A stretch of DNA of 64,000 nucleotides. It comes from Waterburya sp. Its GTDB lineage: Bacteria; Cyanobacteriota; Cyanobacteriia; Cyanobacteriales; Xenococcaceae. The notes under the pieces are model-generated. The model saw only the letters and a list, made by a program, of their open reading frames with translations, was not told the origin of the DNA and searched no databases. The DNA is taken from the NCBI GenBank assembly GCA_965217895.1, contig CBDCJV010000002.1, forward strand, positions 544,001 through 608,000, in the 5' to 3' direction. The position numbers were made by a program, and so were the translations under genes. Each line of letters opens with the position of its first letter. The stretch's first letter is position 1. Shown here in pieces: positions 10,313-20,137 of the stretch.

Positions 10313-10984
10313 TCAGCTTTTAATAAAATCAATGACTTGACGTACCAGTCCAATTTTGGTGACAATTAATACTGTTGAATCAGATTCTAAAATCGTATTG
10401 CCATTAGGAATTATCAAATCATCGTGAGGATGAGTTTGATAGCCGATAATCAAAGAACCCGCAGGAAATCTTGGGTCTTGGGCAATTTCTGCCACACTAC
10501 GACCTGCCACATAGAAATTTTTGGGAACGGTAAGTTTTATTACTTCTATCTGTCCTTGATCGAAATGTATCATCGATTCCACTTGCGGATACTCGATCGC
10601 ATTAACCATCTCTGAAACTGCTAGATCGATAGTACTAATAATATGAGTAGCTCCTGTAAAAGATAAGGGTTCGGCAAAATCGCGATGGCGCATTCGAGAG
10701 ATAATTTGAGGAACACCGTAATTTTTACCTAGCGCAACTAGTGCCAAATTTAAAGCATCATTTCGCAAGACGGCAGCCACCGCATCGGCTTTACGAATTC
10801 CCGCTTCTAATAATATTTCTGTTTTCACAGCACTACCTTCAAAAGTCATTACTCCCACTTGCTCGCGGGCATAGTGACAAGCTTTAGGATCGAGATCGAC
10901 CACGGCAACAGTATGCCCAAGTTCTACTAGTTTTTGGGCTAGACTTAGCCCGATTAATCCTGCTCCCCCAATAAGTACGTACAT
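10313..10984 (-). CDS. TrkA/KtrA-family RCK regulatory protein
   Basis: GGAGLIG Rossmann TrkA_N domain plus TrkA_C (IIPNGNT). Confidence 0.9.
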   Translation of the reverse strand: MYVLIGGAGLIGLSLAQKLVELGHTVAVVDLDPKACHYAREQVGVMTFEGSAVKTEILLEAGIRKADAVAAVLRNDALNLALVALGKNYGVPQIISRMRHRDFAEPLSFTGATHIISTIDLAVSEMVNAIEYPQVESMIHFDQGQIEVIKLTVPKNFYVAGRSVAEIAQDPRFPAGSLIIGYQTHPHDDLIIPNGNTILESDSTVLIVTKIGLVRQVIDFIKS

Positions 10985-11041
10985 AGTTGTTTAATTTGTC
11001 GAACATCTTAATTTCTTTGAGCTACTGCGCGAGAATCATCT

Positions 11042-11626
11042 TTAAGTATGGGATTCTTTTTTAAACTGAGAAATAGATTCAGTTACAAGTTCACGTCTTT
11101 TCAAAGTCGATTTCTCTGGCTCGCTTTGAGATAATTGAGAAACAGAATTGCTAGTTTTATACACAATCAAAACCGAACAGGGAGCATGGTGGGTTACATA
11201 ATTGCTAACACTGCCCAAAAACATCTCTTTAATACCAGTCAAACCTCTGCTACCGACCAAGATCAGATCTGCTGACCATGTTTGAGCTAAATCGCAAATA
11301 GTCCGCCCAGGATTGCCCAAATTTTGGGTAAATTCGGCGTTAATTCCTACTTTAGTTGCTTCCTCAGCAGTTCCTCGCAGCATTTCTAATCCTTCCTGTT
11401 CAAATTTCTGCCACCGCTCTTGATAAGCTTCGATGATAGTGGAGTCAAAGGGATCGTATTCTAGACCAGAATAAATTGTCGGAGTGGGAAAATCCCGTTC
11501 CTCAGAGGATAAAACGTGCAGCAGCATTAAGCTAGCACCGCTTGTTTTTGCCAGAGACATAGCAGCTTCAAAAACCTTTCTACTTGCTGCCGAACGATCT
11601 ATTGCTACCAAAATTTTGTTAAACAT
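11042..11626 (-). CDS. Universal stress protein (USP), copy 1
   Basis: KILVAID ... VGSRGLTGIKEMFLGSVSNYVTHHAPCSVLIV. Confidence 0.95.
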   Translation of the reverse strand: MFNKILVAIDRSAASRKVFEAAMSLAKTSGASLMLLHVLSSEERDFPTPTIYSGLEYDPFDSTIIEAYQERWQKFEQEGLEMLRGTAEEATKVGINAEFTQNLGNPGRTICDLAQTWSADLILVGSRGLTGIKEMFLGSVSNYVTHHAPCSVLIVYKTSNSVSQLSQSEPEKSTLKRRELVTESISQFKKESHT

Positions 11627-11829
11627 CTTAATTACCTCACTTAAATATATATATATGCCAGCAATTTGAGGAACTTATGAGGAAAATTTTTCTATAAAAG
11701 ATCTGCTCTTTCCAAGTCGCTAAGGGAAATAAATTTTGCTTTGGCGAATTTGCCAATCTAATACCCTTACTCAATTTGCTAATGCTGCTCATGTAGTTGA
11801 AGCCATCGAAGAGTTTAGTGATTAAACAT

Positions 11830-12300
11830 TTAAATACCGTTCGATGTTTTTGAATTATCTTTGTTATCTGAATTGATTGGTAATATTTCTGGCTGAATTA
11901 AGCTTTGCCAATCGAGCTTTATTTCAACCCCAGTTTGGTTGAATATATATGTACTGTTGCTACGATAGCTAACACCGCGATACTTTAGCTCATAATTCGG
12001 CTGAGATATTAGATTCACATTTTGGTCTTGTTGGTTGGAAGGTAAACCTCGATTTTCTCTCGACCAGATAGAATTATTTTCCTGATTCGACTTTGCTGGC
12101 TGTTTTTTTTTTCTTCGACAACGTTCTAAAAACCGAACTAAATCGTATTGGTAACAACTTTCTAAATGTTCAATTTTATATATACGCCAAAACTCAAACG
12201 GGTTAACAATAGTTACGCAAGTAGAGTTGGAAAATATTTGTCTGAAATATTTCTGCATTGGAAATTTTATTGCCGTTTTACCTTCTTCTCTAGCTTTCAT
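11830..12300 (-). CDS. Hypothetical protein with DUF4278-like LKYRGVSY motif
   Basis: 156-aa ORF with the LKYRGVSY motif seen in small cyanobacterial proteins. Confidence 0.5.
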   Translation of the reverse strand: MKAREEGKTAIKFPMQKYFRQIFSNSTCVTIVNPFEFWRIYKIEHLESCYQYDLVRFLERCRRKKKQPAKSNQENNSIWSRENRGLPSNQQDQNVNLISQPNYELKYRGVSYRSNSTYIFNQTGVEIKLDWQSLIQPEILPINSDNKDNSKTSNGI

Positions 12301-12442
12301 CAGAAAAGTTTCCTTAATAATTATTACTTTAAGACTAGGTAAACAAGTTGAGGAACTTATGAGAAAAAGCTAACTAAAATTGTAAATAGCTATTAATTTG
12401 TAGCTACATATTAGTTTTCTCAACCTCAAAACAGAGTAAAAA

Positions 12443-12910
12443 TTGTTAGAAATTTATTCTCCTTCATTACAAGAAGTATCAATCATCAGTTTAAGGCTAG
12501 TTAATGCTGTATTTATTGGTGCAGTTATTGGCTGGGAAAGAGAAGCCAAGGATAAACCTGCTGGATTGAGAACTCATATGTTGGTGAGTTTGGGAGCAGC
12601 TATTTTTGTTCTCATACCAATCTTGACTGGGGATATCTCCAAAAGTCCTGATGCGCTTTCTCGTATAATCCAAGGTATTGCTACTGGTGTTGGTTTTTTA
12701 GGAGCGGGAGAAATATTGCATATATCTCAATCCCAGACAGCCAAATATAGGATTCGCGGACTAACATCAGCAGCAGCTATTTGGATTTCTGCTGCTTTGG
12801 GTTTAGCTGCTGGATGTGGATTATGGCATTTAAGCTTAATTGGAGCTTTACTGAGTCTAATTATTTTGAGAATCTTGAAAATAGTTGAGCGTTACCACCG
12901 CCGAGAGTAA
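12443..12910 (+). CDS. MgtC/SapB-family membrane protein
   Basis: IGWERE..KPAGLRTHMLV, GVGFLGAG and GLTSAAAIW motifs. Confidence 0.92.
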   Translation: MLEIYSPSLQEVSIISLRLVNAVFIGAVIGWEREAKDKPAGLRTHMLVSLGAAIFVLIPILTGDISKSPDALSRIIQGIATGVGFLGAGEILHISQSQTAKYRIRGLTSAAAIWISAALGLAAGCGLWHLSLIGALLSLIILRILKIVERYHRRE

Positions 12911-12957
12911 TTGATTTGGCGTTGCACCATGATGGGATGGTGAAGTAATAGGTGATA

Positions 12958-13208
12958 GGCAATCGTGACAAGTTAAGGGACTACGCTGTTTGTCAATCGG
13001 TTATAAGCTCTTAGCTCTTATGCGTAGCGGTATCCTTTAGGGCAGCTATTAACTATTAGCTTTTGAGGCGTTTTCGCCGAACTCTAACTCTCTAAAAGGC
13101 GATCGCCATTCAAATCAGTTCTAATCCATATTTGGTGTTATCTAAGATATAAGTCACTATCTGTAGTACTTGACTAAAACTGTCTTTTCTTAACTTGTCA
13201 CCAATGCC
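12958..13208. mobile_element. MITE family A, copy 2 (inverted relative to copy 1)
   Basis: TIRs GGCAATCGTGACAAGTTAAG ... CTTAACTTGTCACCAATGCC. Confidence 0.8.
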
Positions 13209-13312
13209 TATTACCTCAACAAATTAATGTGGTCTATCCAATCGAAAACTGCTGTAAATACCGTTAATAGAATCATTTTCCTGGTATTGAAGAACTTATG
13301 AGCAAATCTTTC

Positions 13313-15130
13313 CTATGAGTTATATGGAACTTTGCCATTTAAAGTTGCGTTATAAGTAATCCACTGGGGTCTGCCAATAACTATCTTATGTTGAGCAAAA
13401 GCACGTCGTATCCGCAAACGATATTCTCGACCCACTAACCATTGTTGCAGGGGTGCGGTTTTAATCCAAACTCTGATTAGCATTCCCGTATGGGATATAC
13501 TATCGATACCCAAAATTTCGGGAGAATCGAGAATTTTATCTTGCCATTCGGGGTTATGATGCATCTCATTAGCTACTGACTCTAGTATCTTTAATACTTT
13601 ATCGGGATCGTTTTCATAAGCGACTTCGATAGTAAAATCGACTCGCGACCAAAGGCGGGTTAAATTCCTGACCTCAGCGATCGCACTATTGGGGATGGTG
13701 ATTAGCTGTCCTTCAGGATTACGCAATTGAGTTAAGCGCAGATTGAATTCTTCGACAAAACCATCCATGCCGTTAATAATAATCACATCTCCTACTGCAA
13801 AACGATCCTCTAAAAGAATCAAGCAGCCGTTAACCACATCTTTAATTAGGCTTTGTGTGCCAAAAGAGATTGCCAAACCAATTACCGCACCCCCTGCCAA
13901 AATCGAACTAGCGGAAATGTTGAACAACGCCAGAGTCAGAACAATTCCTATTGAAAAAGAAATAAAGGTCATAAATCCTTTTGAAGCTGTAGCAATAGTT
14001 GTCAAGCGCAAAGATTTACGCTGTGATTCGCCAAAAGATAGATAAGGATTGTCTTTCCAGGCATTTATCGAGCGTTGAATAAAAGTTTTACTAATTTGTA
14101 ATAATAAAGTTACTAAAAACCAAACTGCTAACAACTGCAAGGGGTGAGATGCTACTGCTTTGCTCCAGCGCATTAGAATTGGCAACCGAGTTGTAATCCC
14201 ATAGATTCCTAAGTACCAAGTGAGAATAACCAACCAGACTAATAGCCAGCGCCAAGATTTGTAAGCACTCAAACGCTTTTCCAAAGAAGCTCGATCGGCG
14301 AAAAGATTGGGGTCTTTAGTTTCCTGGGTTGCAGCTACTTCAGATTCTACATTATCGCCAGACACTTCATTTTGCGCCTCAGATTGCATCTTCGCAGTTG
14401 CCGACTTTAAAGCTTCAATCCCCGCTTCATATTTCATCTGTAACTTGACTAGTCGCCGACCCAACCACCAATAAATTAAGACTAAAATAATGCTAGCGAC
14501 AATAACGCCCACTAAAATAGCGATCGCCTCTCCTAACCGATGTCGAATTACTTGCGAAGAATACAAATATTCAACCTCACTAATTTTTCCCTGTAGAGAC
14601 TTTTGCCACTCCCGAACAATTTTTTCGGGATTTTGACTGTAAAAATTAACATCTGCTTGAGTAACGGTAGCAATAGTCAAGGGACGTAAACTGCGATCGT
14701 ATTGGATCTGGACTACAGGACGATTATTTAAGGTAGAAGTAATTACCTGAGCGGAAGTTTTAGGCTTTTGTTTGGCGACTTCGGGACGAAATATTTTCGT
14801 AACGATATCACCTCTAATCCTGCTAGTGGTCAACCACAGCAAGGCTTCGATATTTTTCGCCCTCATTTCCACTGGCAGGCGATCTGATTCTAAACTACTG
14901 CGATCTATGACTGTAGGGGCTGCAATTTGAAATAACTCCTCATTATCAAGGGGAAACTTGACCCAAGCTACTTCTAGACTGCCGTATCTGATTACCTCTA
15001 GGGGTTGTAAATCGTTGCTGTTGCTATCTGTATTTAAAGAAAATTGTCCGATTGCCGAAAATTGCCAGATAATTACAAATATAAATGCTAAAAAAAAGGT
15101 TATGAGAAAGCGAATTGGAGATTTTTTCAT
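13313..15130 (-). CDS. MscS-family mechanosensitive channel with long N-terminal domain
   Basis: GLAISFGTQSLIKD..NG, F.VGD, IPNS.I..V.N and WSRVD motifs. Confidence 0.92.
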   Translation of the reverse strand: MKKSPIRFLITFFLAFIFVIIWQFSAIGQFSLNTDSNSNDLQPLEVIRYGSLEVAWVKFPLDNEELFQIAAPTVIDRSSLESDRLPVEMRAKNIEALLWLTTSRIRGDIVTKIFRPEVAKQKPKTSAQVITSTLNNRPVVQIQYDRSLRPLTIATVTQADVNFYSQNPEKIVREWQKSLQGKISEVEYLYSSQVIRHRLGEAIAILVGVIVASIILVLIYWWLGRRLVKLQMKYEAGIEALKSATAKMQSEAQNEVSGDNVESEVAATQETKDPNLFADRASLEKRLSAYKSWRWLLVWLVILTWYLGIYGITTRLPILMRWSKAVASHPLQLLAVWFLVTLLLQISKTFIQRSINAWKDNPYLSFGESQRKSLRLTTIATASKGFMTFISFSIGIVLTLALFNISASSILAGGAVIGLAISFGTQSLIKDVVNGCLILLEDRFAVGDVIIINGMDGFVEEFNLRLTQLRNPEGQLITIPNSAIAEVRNLTRLWSRVDFTIEVAYENDPDKVLKILESVANEMHHNPEWQDKILDSPEILGIDSISHTGMLIRVWIKTAPLQQWLVGREYRLRIRRAFAQHKIVIGRPQWITYNATLNGKVPYNS

Positions 15131-15177
15131 AGAAAATTTCTAAATTGAAGCGATCGCGCAACGACGATATTTAATTA

Positions 15178-15825
15178 TTAATGGAATAAACTTGGTGCAG
15201 CATCTCTTAGCAGGGCAAAGACACCATCGGCAATTAGCTGCACGGCGATTGCCAAAATAAAGAAACCTAACACTCGATTAATCGCACCTATGGTGTTTTT
15301 TCTCAATCTTTTGAGTAAAGGTTCTCCCAGCGACAGAAAACAATAAAGAGTTATGCCCAATAAAACAATACCCAACAAACATCCTAAATAGTAAATGACA
15401 TCGTGGGTGGCTGATGCCCCTCTGCCTATGGCAACGCCAATCGCCCCAGGACCACTAACCAAAGGAACTGCCATGGGCGTAAAGGAAATATCATCTTGGT
15501 CTACTGCTGCTTGCCCTTCTGACTTGCTAAGACGCTGGCGAACCGCGACCATTTCCCAAGCAGTATGAGCAACTAGCAACCCTCCCGCAATCTGGAGAAC
15601 TCCCAAGGAGAGTCCAAAGAATTCGAGAATTAATCTACCCGCAACGAGAAAAACTGCCAGCACCCAAACTACATTAATTGCTGTCAATCGAGCTTGGCTA
15701 CCTCGAAACCGAGGAGTATCCTCTGCGGTCAAACTGTAAAAGATGGGAATCGCACCTATGGGATTGGCGATCGCGAATAAAGATAAAAACGTCCCTGCTG
15801 TTGAAGAAAATAACTGATGCAGCAT
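15178..15825 (-). CDS. MarC-family membrane protein
   Basis: NPIGAIP.F, IAGGLL and P.A.PL..GPGAI motifs. Confidence 0.92.
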   Translation of the reverse strand: MLHQLFSSTAGTFLSLFAIANPIGAIPIFYSLTAEDTPRFRGSQARLTAINVVWVLAVFLVAGRLILEFFGLSLGVLQIAGGLLVAHTAWEMVAVRQRLSKSEGQAAVDQDDISFTPMAVPLVSGPGAIGVAIGRGASATHDVIYYLGCLLGIVLLGITLYCFLSLGEPLLKRLRKNTIGAINRVLGFFILAIAVQLIADGVFALLRDAAPSLFH

Positions 15826-15827
15826 AA

Positions 15828-16973
15828 TTAACTAACCTGCTTACGGAATCGATTGGCACTAAAAGCGATTAGGACTACAGCGAAGATTAATAAAGCGATC
15901 GCATTGTCCCCAATTACCTCTAATCCAACTCCTCTAAGGAGAATAGCACGGACAACGGCAATATAGTGTCGCAGAGGGTTTAGTAGAGACAAGTAAGCGA
16001 AGAAAGGTGGCATACTTTCGAGAGGAGCTAAAGCACCAGAAAGCATCATCATCGGCAGGGTAATAAAAAAAGAAGTAAGGATAACCTGTTGTTTGTTTTT
16101 AGAAACCGTGGTCAGCAAAATGCCAATTGCTTGACAAATAAAGAGATAAATAGCAGATATTGCCATAAATAGCCAAAAGTTACCCCGAAAAGGCACGTTA
16201 AAGATAAAGCGAGTAATGCCTAGCGCAATCAGAACATCTCCCAAAAGTAGCAAAAACAATGGAGCTACTTTCGCTAGCAGTATTTCTCCTGCCGAGGCTG
16301 GAGTCATGAGCAACTGTTCGAGAGTGCCTGTATCCTTTTCCCGTACCGATTCCACTGCGGAGGTAATCGTTCCCATAAGTGTTAATGTAGTTCCCATAAT
16401 TCCAGGAACAAAAAACCAACTGCTAATTAAACCAGGATTATAAAGAAAAGTAGTCCGAGACTCGATTAGGGAAGTAATAGGTTCAACATCAAGCTGACGA
16501 TTGTAACGATTAACAATTTGAGCTATGTAACCACTCGAAACCCCAGCTGTATAGGCATCAACCCCATCCAATAGCACCTGAACTTTGGTTGACGTACCTC
16601 GATCCAAATTACGGTTAAATTCAGGAGGAATGGTAATTCCCACGGCTATTTTTCCCGTTTCTACCTGTTTCCCCAGGATTTGCTGATTGGGGCTGTAACT
16701 TACCACTTCAAAAACCTGATTTTCAGTCAGGGCTGAAACCAGTTCCCGACTTTCCACACTTTGAGCATAATCGACTATGCCTAACTTGATATGTTTAACT
16801 TCAGGACTGAGGCTAGCACCAAAGATGGTTAACTGGACAATGGGCGGGAACAGTAAGAGAAAGATTAATTGTTTATTGCGGAGAATTTGTCCGATCTCCT
16901 TGACGATTAACGCCCAAAGACGACTTTGGAAAAAACCGAATTTCAGGGGTTTGAGAAAATAATTTAATATCAT
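15828..16973 (-). CDS. ABC-2 permease (YbhR-like)
   Basis: KE..Q..R, YNP.L.S.WFFVPG and REKDTGTLEQLLMTP motifs. Confidence 0.9.
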   Translation of the reverse strand: MILNYFLKPLKFGFFQSRLWALIVKEIGQILRNKQLIFLLLFPPIVQLTIFGASLSPEVKHIKLGIVDYAQSVESRELVSALTENQVFEVVSYSPNQQILGKQVETGKIAVGITIPPEFNRNLDRGTSTKVQVLLDGVDAYTAGVSSGYIAQIVNRYNRQLDVEPITSLIESRTTFLYNPGLISSWFFVPGIMGTTLTLMGTITSAVESVREKDTGTLEQLLMTPASAGEILLAKVAPLFLLLLGDVLIALGITRFIFNVPFRGNFWLFMAISAIYLFICQAIGILLTTVSKNKQQVILTSFFITLPMMMLSGALAPLESMPPFFAYLSLLNPLRHYIAVVRAILLRGVGLEVIGDNAIALLIFAVVLIAFSANRFRKQVS

Positions 16974-16979
16974 GACTTA

Positions 16980-18083
16980 CTAATCAGGTAACTGCATTCG
17001 ACGTAAACCCCACCAGGCGATCGCCAGATCGATTATCCCCAGGATAATTAAAGCGGGAAACACATACCAAACTCCTGCCCAGCCAGTGCCTCGCACAAAG
17101 GCATCGCGGGTTAAATCGATATAGTAACGGGCGGGAACTATAAAAGATAGCCAATCCAGGGGAAAAGGAATATTGCTGAGAGGATACATAAAACCAGTTA
17201 GGAGCATGGAAGATAAAGCTTTGATCGTGCCGACTGCTTGAACTGCTGAACTCTGGGCGGTAGTAATTACGCCAATTAATAGCCCGAAGAACACGCTGTC
17301 TAAGAGAAAAATCGGCGTACCTAATAGTAACGGTAGGGGATTTCCTGCAAATCCCAGTTGCCAAATCAGCGAGCCAAGGACCATCAGAAAGATCGCTTCT
17401 GCGATGGCAATGAGGGTATAAGCTAAGGATTTACCTAGCAAAAACTCCATCGCACTGATATTAGAGGCATAAATTTGCACAATGGTACTTTCTTCTTTAT
17501 CCCGTACCATTGCGATCGCCATTAATAAAGAAGGATAGAGCGTCAGGGTAATGGCATAGACTCCAGGTACGATAAACAAAGATTCTTTATTGCCTGGATT
17601 GAACCAGAGACGCACTTGAGTATCTATCCAGTTGGGGAAAGATTGTAAACCAGCACTGGCAGTAAAATAAAGAGTGGTAAATTTGATACTGCTTTGAATT
17701 ACCCTAGCATTAGCCACATCCGAACCATCAATTAAAGCTTGAACTTGAATCGGGTTGCCAGCCTGGAGACGACGTGCAAAATTTGGGGGAATTATTACCG
17801 CTGCTTTTGCCTCGCCTCGATCGAGTGCGCTGCTGGGATTGTTACCAGACAGAGCAACAGGCTTAAATTTATTGGTAGCATACAACCGTTCGATGTATGC
17901 CCGACTGAGAGGACTATTATCAAAATCTCGCACCGCTAGGGGAATATTTTGGGACTCCAAACGAATGGCAAAACCGAAGATTAGCAGGGTTGCTAAAGGT
18001 AAGATAAAAGCTAGTGCCACCGTTAGGCGATCGCGACGAAATTGATTCAGTTCTTTGACACATTGATTCCAAATCTTTTTCAT
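16980..18083 (-). CDS. ABC-2 permease (YbhS-like)
   Basis: KEL.QFRRD, FNPG and PG motifs; 6 TM helices. Confidence 0.9.
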   Translation of the reverse strand: MKKIWNQCVKELNQFRRDRLTVALAFILPLATLLIFGFAIRLESQNIPLAVRDFDNSPLSRAYIERLYATNKFKPVALSGNNPSSALDRGEAKAAVIIPPNFARRLQAGNPIQVQALIDGSDVANARVIQSSIKFTTLYFTASAGLQSFPNWIDTQVRLWFNPGNKESLFIVPGVYAITLTLYPSLLMAIAMVRDKEESTIVQIYASNISAMEFLLGKSLAYTLIAIAEAIFLMVLGSLIWQLGFAGNPLPLLLGTPIFLLDSVFFGLLIGVITTAQSSAVQAVGTIKALSSMLLTGFMYPLSNIPFPLDWLSFIVPARYYIDLTRDAFVRGTGWAGVWYVFPALIILGIIDLAIAWWGLRRMQLPD

Positions 18084-20137
18084 GATTCGCTCCGTTGCGA
18101 TCGCTGGACAATGCTAATAAAAGAATCTTCCAAGGAAAAAGGAATAGCTTGAAAAGAACCTACTTCTAACTGGGCATTTTGCAGCAGCGATCGCACTTGA
18201 GGCATTTCTAGATCGGGATTATCGAGAATCAGGTGTAGGCGATCGCCAAATAGAGATACTCGCCAAGAATCTAACTGCTGTTTGAGTAAATTGGCAGCAG
18301 CCTGGGGTTGTTTAACTATTACTTCAAATAGTTGACCTGGTTGGTTTGTTTTGATTTGGCTGGGTGTTCCCTGTGCCACTACTTCTCCTGCAACCATAAA
18401 GCACATCTGATGGCAGTGTTCGGCTTCTTCTAAATAGTGAGTTGTCACTAGTACGGCTGTTCCGTGGTGGGCTAAGTCTTCAATCAACCGCCAGAATTGA
18501 CGACGAGCCAGAGGATCGACCCCAGAAGTGGGTTCATCTAAAAACAAAATTTCTGGTTCGTGCATCACCGCAGCCCCAAATGCTACCCGTTGTTTCCAGC
18601 CTCCAGGCAATTGTCCCGTAATCATCTTTTCTTTACCTTGCAAACCACAAATCTCTAAAACCCAGTCAATTTTAGTTTGGCGATGTCGGCGAGGAATGCC
18701 ATAGACTCCGCAGTAAAATTTGAGGTTTTCAATAATCGACAGGTCATCATAGAGGGTAAATTTCTGACTCATGTAGCCCAGACGTTGACGGAGTTGGCTA
18801 CTGCGTAAGTTACTGGTTTGACCTGCTAGGGTAATATCTCCGCCACTTGCTTCCAGCAAACCGCACAGCATTTTGATGGTGGTAGTTTTACCCGCCCCAT
18901 TTGCTCCTAATAAGCCGTAAATCTCGCCGTAACCGATTTCTAAGGTTACATTTTTGACAGCCTGGAAATTGCCAAAGGTTTTGCTGAGATTATTAGTACC
19001 GATTGCACCCTCGACAGTTCCTATAACGGGGCGGTCGTCACGAGCTTCTGGGGAAACCCCAGAAGACGCGACCTTGGGAACCCCCGCAACGGACTGTCTC
19101 GCAATTTGTCCTTTTTGATAGGTGCGTGGCGGATTGAGACGGGGCAAAGGAATAAAGGGAGGAGCGAACCCCTGTTGACGCAGACGGTTGACAAAGACAT
19201 TTTCTAAAGTTGGCTCGGCACGACGAATACTGTTTATCTCTAATTGACTAGCTGCGATCGCATTTCTAACCTGACTTTCCCCCATCTCAGGATTTTGAAC
19301 TAATACGTCCAGGCGATCGCCAAAAGTTTGTACGTCAGCAAAATCGGTAGGATGTTCGCTTAGGCTTTGTTCGGCTGCTTCTAACTGGTCAACGCGAACC
19401 TCTAAACGATGCAAACCCAGACTATTTCTAAGTTCGGCTGGTGTACCTGTCTGCTGAATCTGTCCTTCGTGCATCAGTGCTACCCGATGACAGCGTTCGG
19501 CTTCGTCCATATAAGGAGTAGCAACTACCATGGTCATTCCTGCTTCAGAAAGAGCAGCCAGCACATCCCAAAATTCTCGGCGAGATACGGGATCGACTCC
19601 CGTTGTCGGCTCATCCAAGAGCAACACCTGGGGTTGAGAAATCAAAGCACAGCAGAGAGCGAGTTTCTGCTTCATACCTCCAGAAAGTTTACCCGCCAAA
19701 CGGTCGGAAAACTGTTCTAGATTCATCAACCGCAGATATTTACTGCTTCTTTGGGCTAAATCTTTTGCAGAAATCTCGCGCAACCCCGCACTATAACAGA
19801 TGTTTTCCACCAAGCTCAAATCTAAATAAAGGGAAAACTTTTGAGTCAAATAGCCAATTGCTAAACGAGCCTCGCGAGGAATTTTACCAACTACCTCTAC
19901 TTTACCTGCGGTGGCAGACATTACCCCTGCCAGAATTTGAAAAGTGGTGGTTTTTCCCGCTCCATCGGGTCCAATTAAGCCAAAGATTTCCCCTGGCTGC
20001 ACGGTAAAATCAATGCCTCGTATCGCTGCCAATTTACCGTAATTCTTTTGCAGACCTTTAACTTCAATATCGGGAAAATGGTTAACTGGTAATTTCTCGG
20101 TAGCCACCGATGCAGGATCTAATTTGCTAGAATTCAT
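18080..20137 (-). CDS. Tandem ABC ATPase (YbhF-like) with a 32-aa repeat-derived insert in the linker
   Basis: Two Walker A motifs (GPDGAGKTT, GANGAGKTT) and two DEPT motifs; insert at 19008-19100. Confidence 0.93.
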   Translation of the reverse strand: MNSSKLDPASVATEKLPVNHFPDIEVKGLQKNYGKLAAIRGIDFTVQPGEIFGLIGPDGAGKTTTFQILAGVMSATAGKVEVVGKIPREARLAIGYLTQKFSLYLDLSLVENICYSAGLREISAKDLAQRSSKYLRLMNLEQFSDRLAGKLSGGMKQKLALCCALISQPQVLLLDEPTTGVDPVSRREFWDVLAALSEAGMTMVVATPYMDEAERCHRVALMHEGQIQQTGTPAELRNSLGLHRLEVRVDQLEAAEQSLSEHPTDFADVQTFGDRLDVLVQNPEMGESQVRNAIAASQLEINSIRRAEPTLENVFVNRLRQQGFAPPFIPLPRLNPPRTYQKGQIARQSVAGVPKVASSGVSPEARDDRPVIGTVEGAIGTNNLSKTFGNFQAVKNVTLEIGYGEIYGLLGANGAGKTTTIKMLCGLLEASGGDITLAGQTSNLRSSQLRQRLGYMSQKFTLYDDLSIIENLKFYCGVYGIPRRHRQTKIDWVLEICGLQGKEKMITGQLPGGWKQRVAFGAAVMHEPEILFLDEPTSGVDPLARRQFWRLIEDLAHHGTAVLVTTHYLEEAEHCHQMCFMVAGEVVAQGTPSQIKTNQPGQLFEVIVKQPQAAANLLKQQLDSWRVSLFGDRLHLILDNPDLEMPQVRSLLQNAQLEVGSFQAIPFSLEDSFISIVQRSQRSES
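19008..19100. repeat. Nested hairpin repeat inserted in frame
   Basis: 93 bp flanked by duplicated GCA (19005-19007 and 19101-19103); homologous to 6952-7020 and to part of 5521-5587. Confidence 0.8.
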
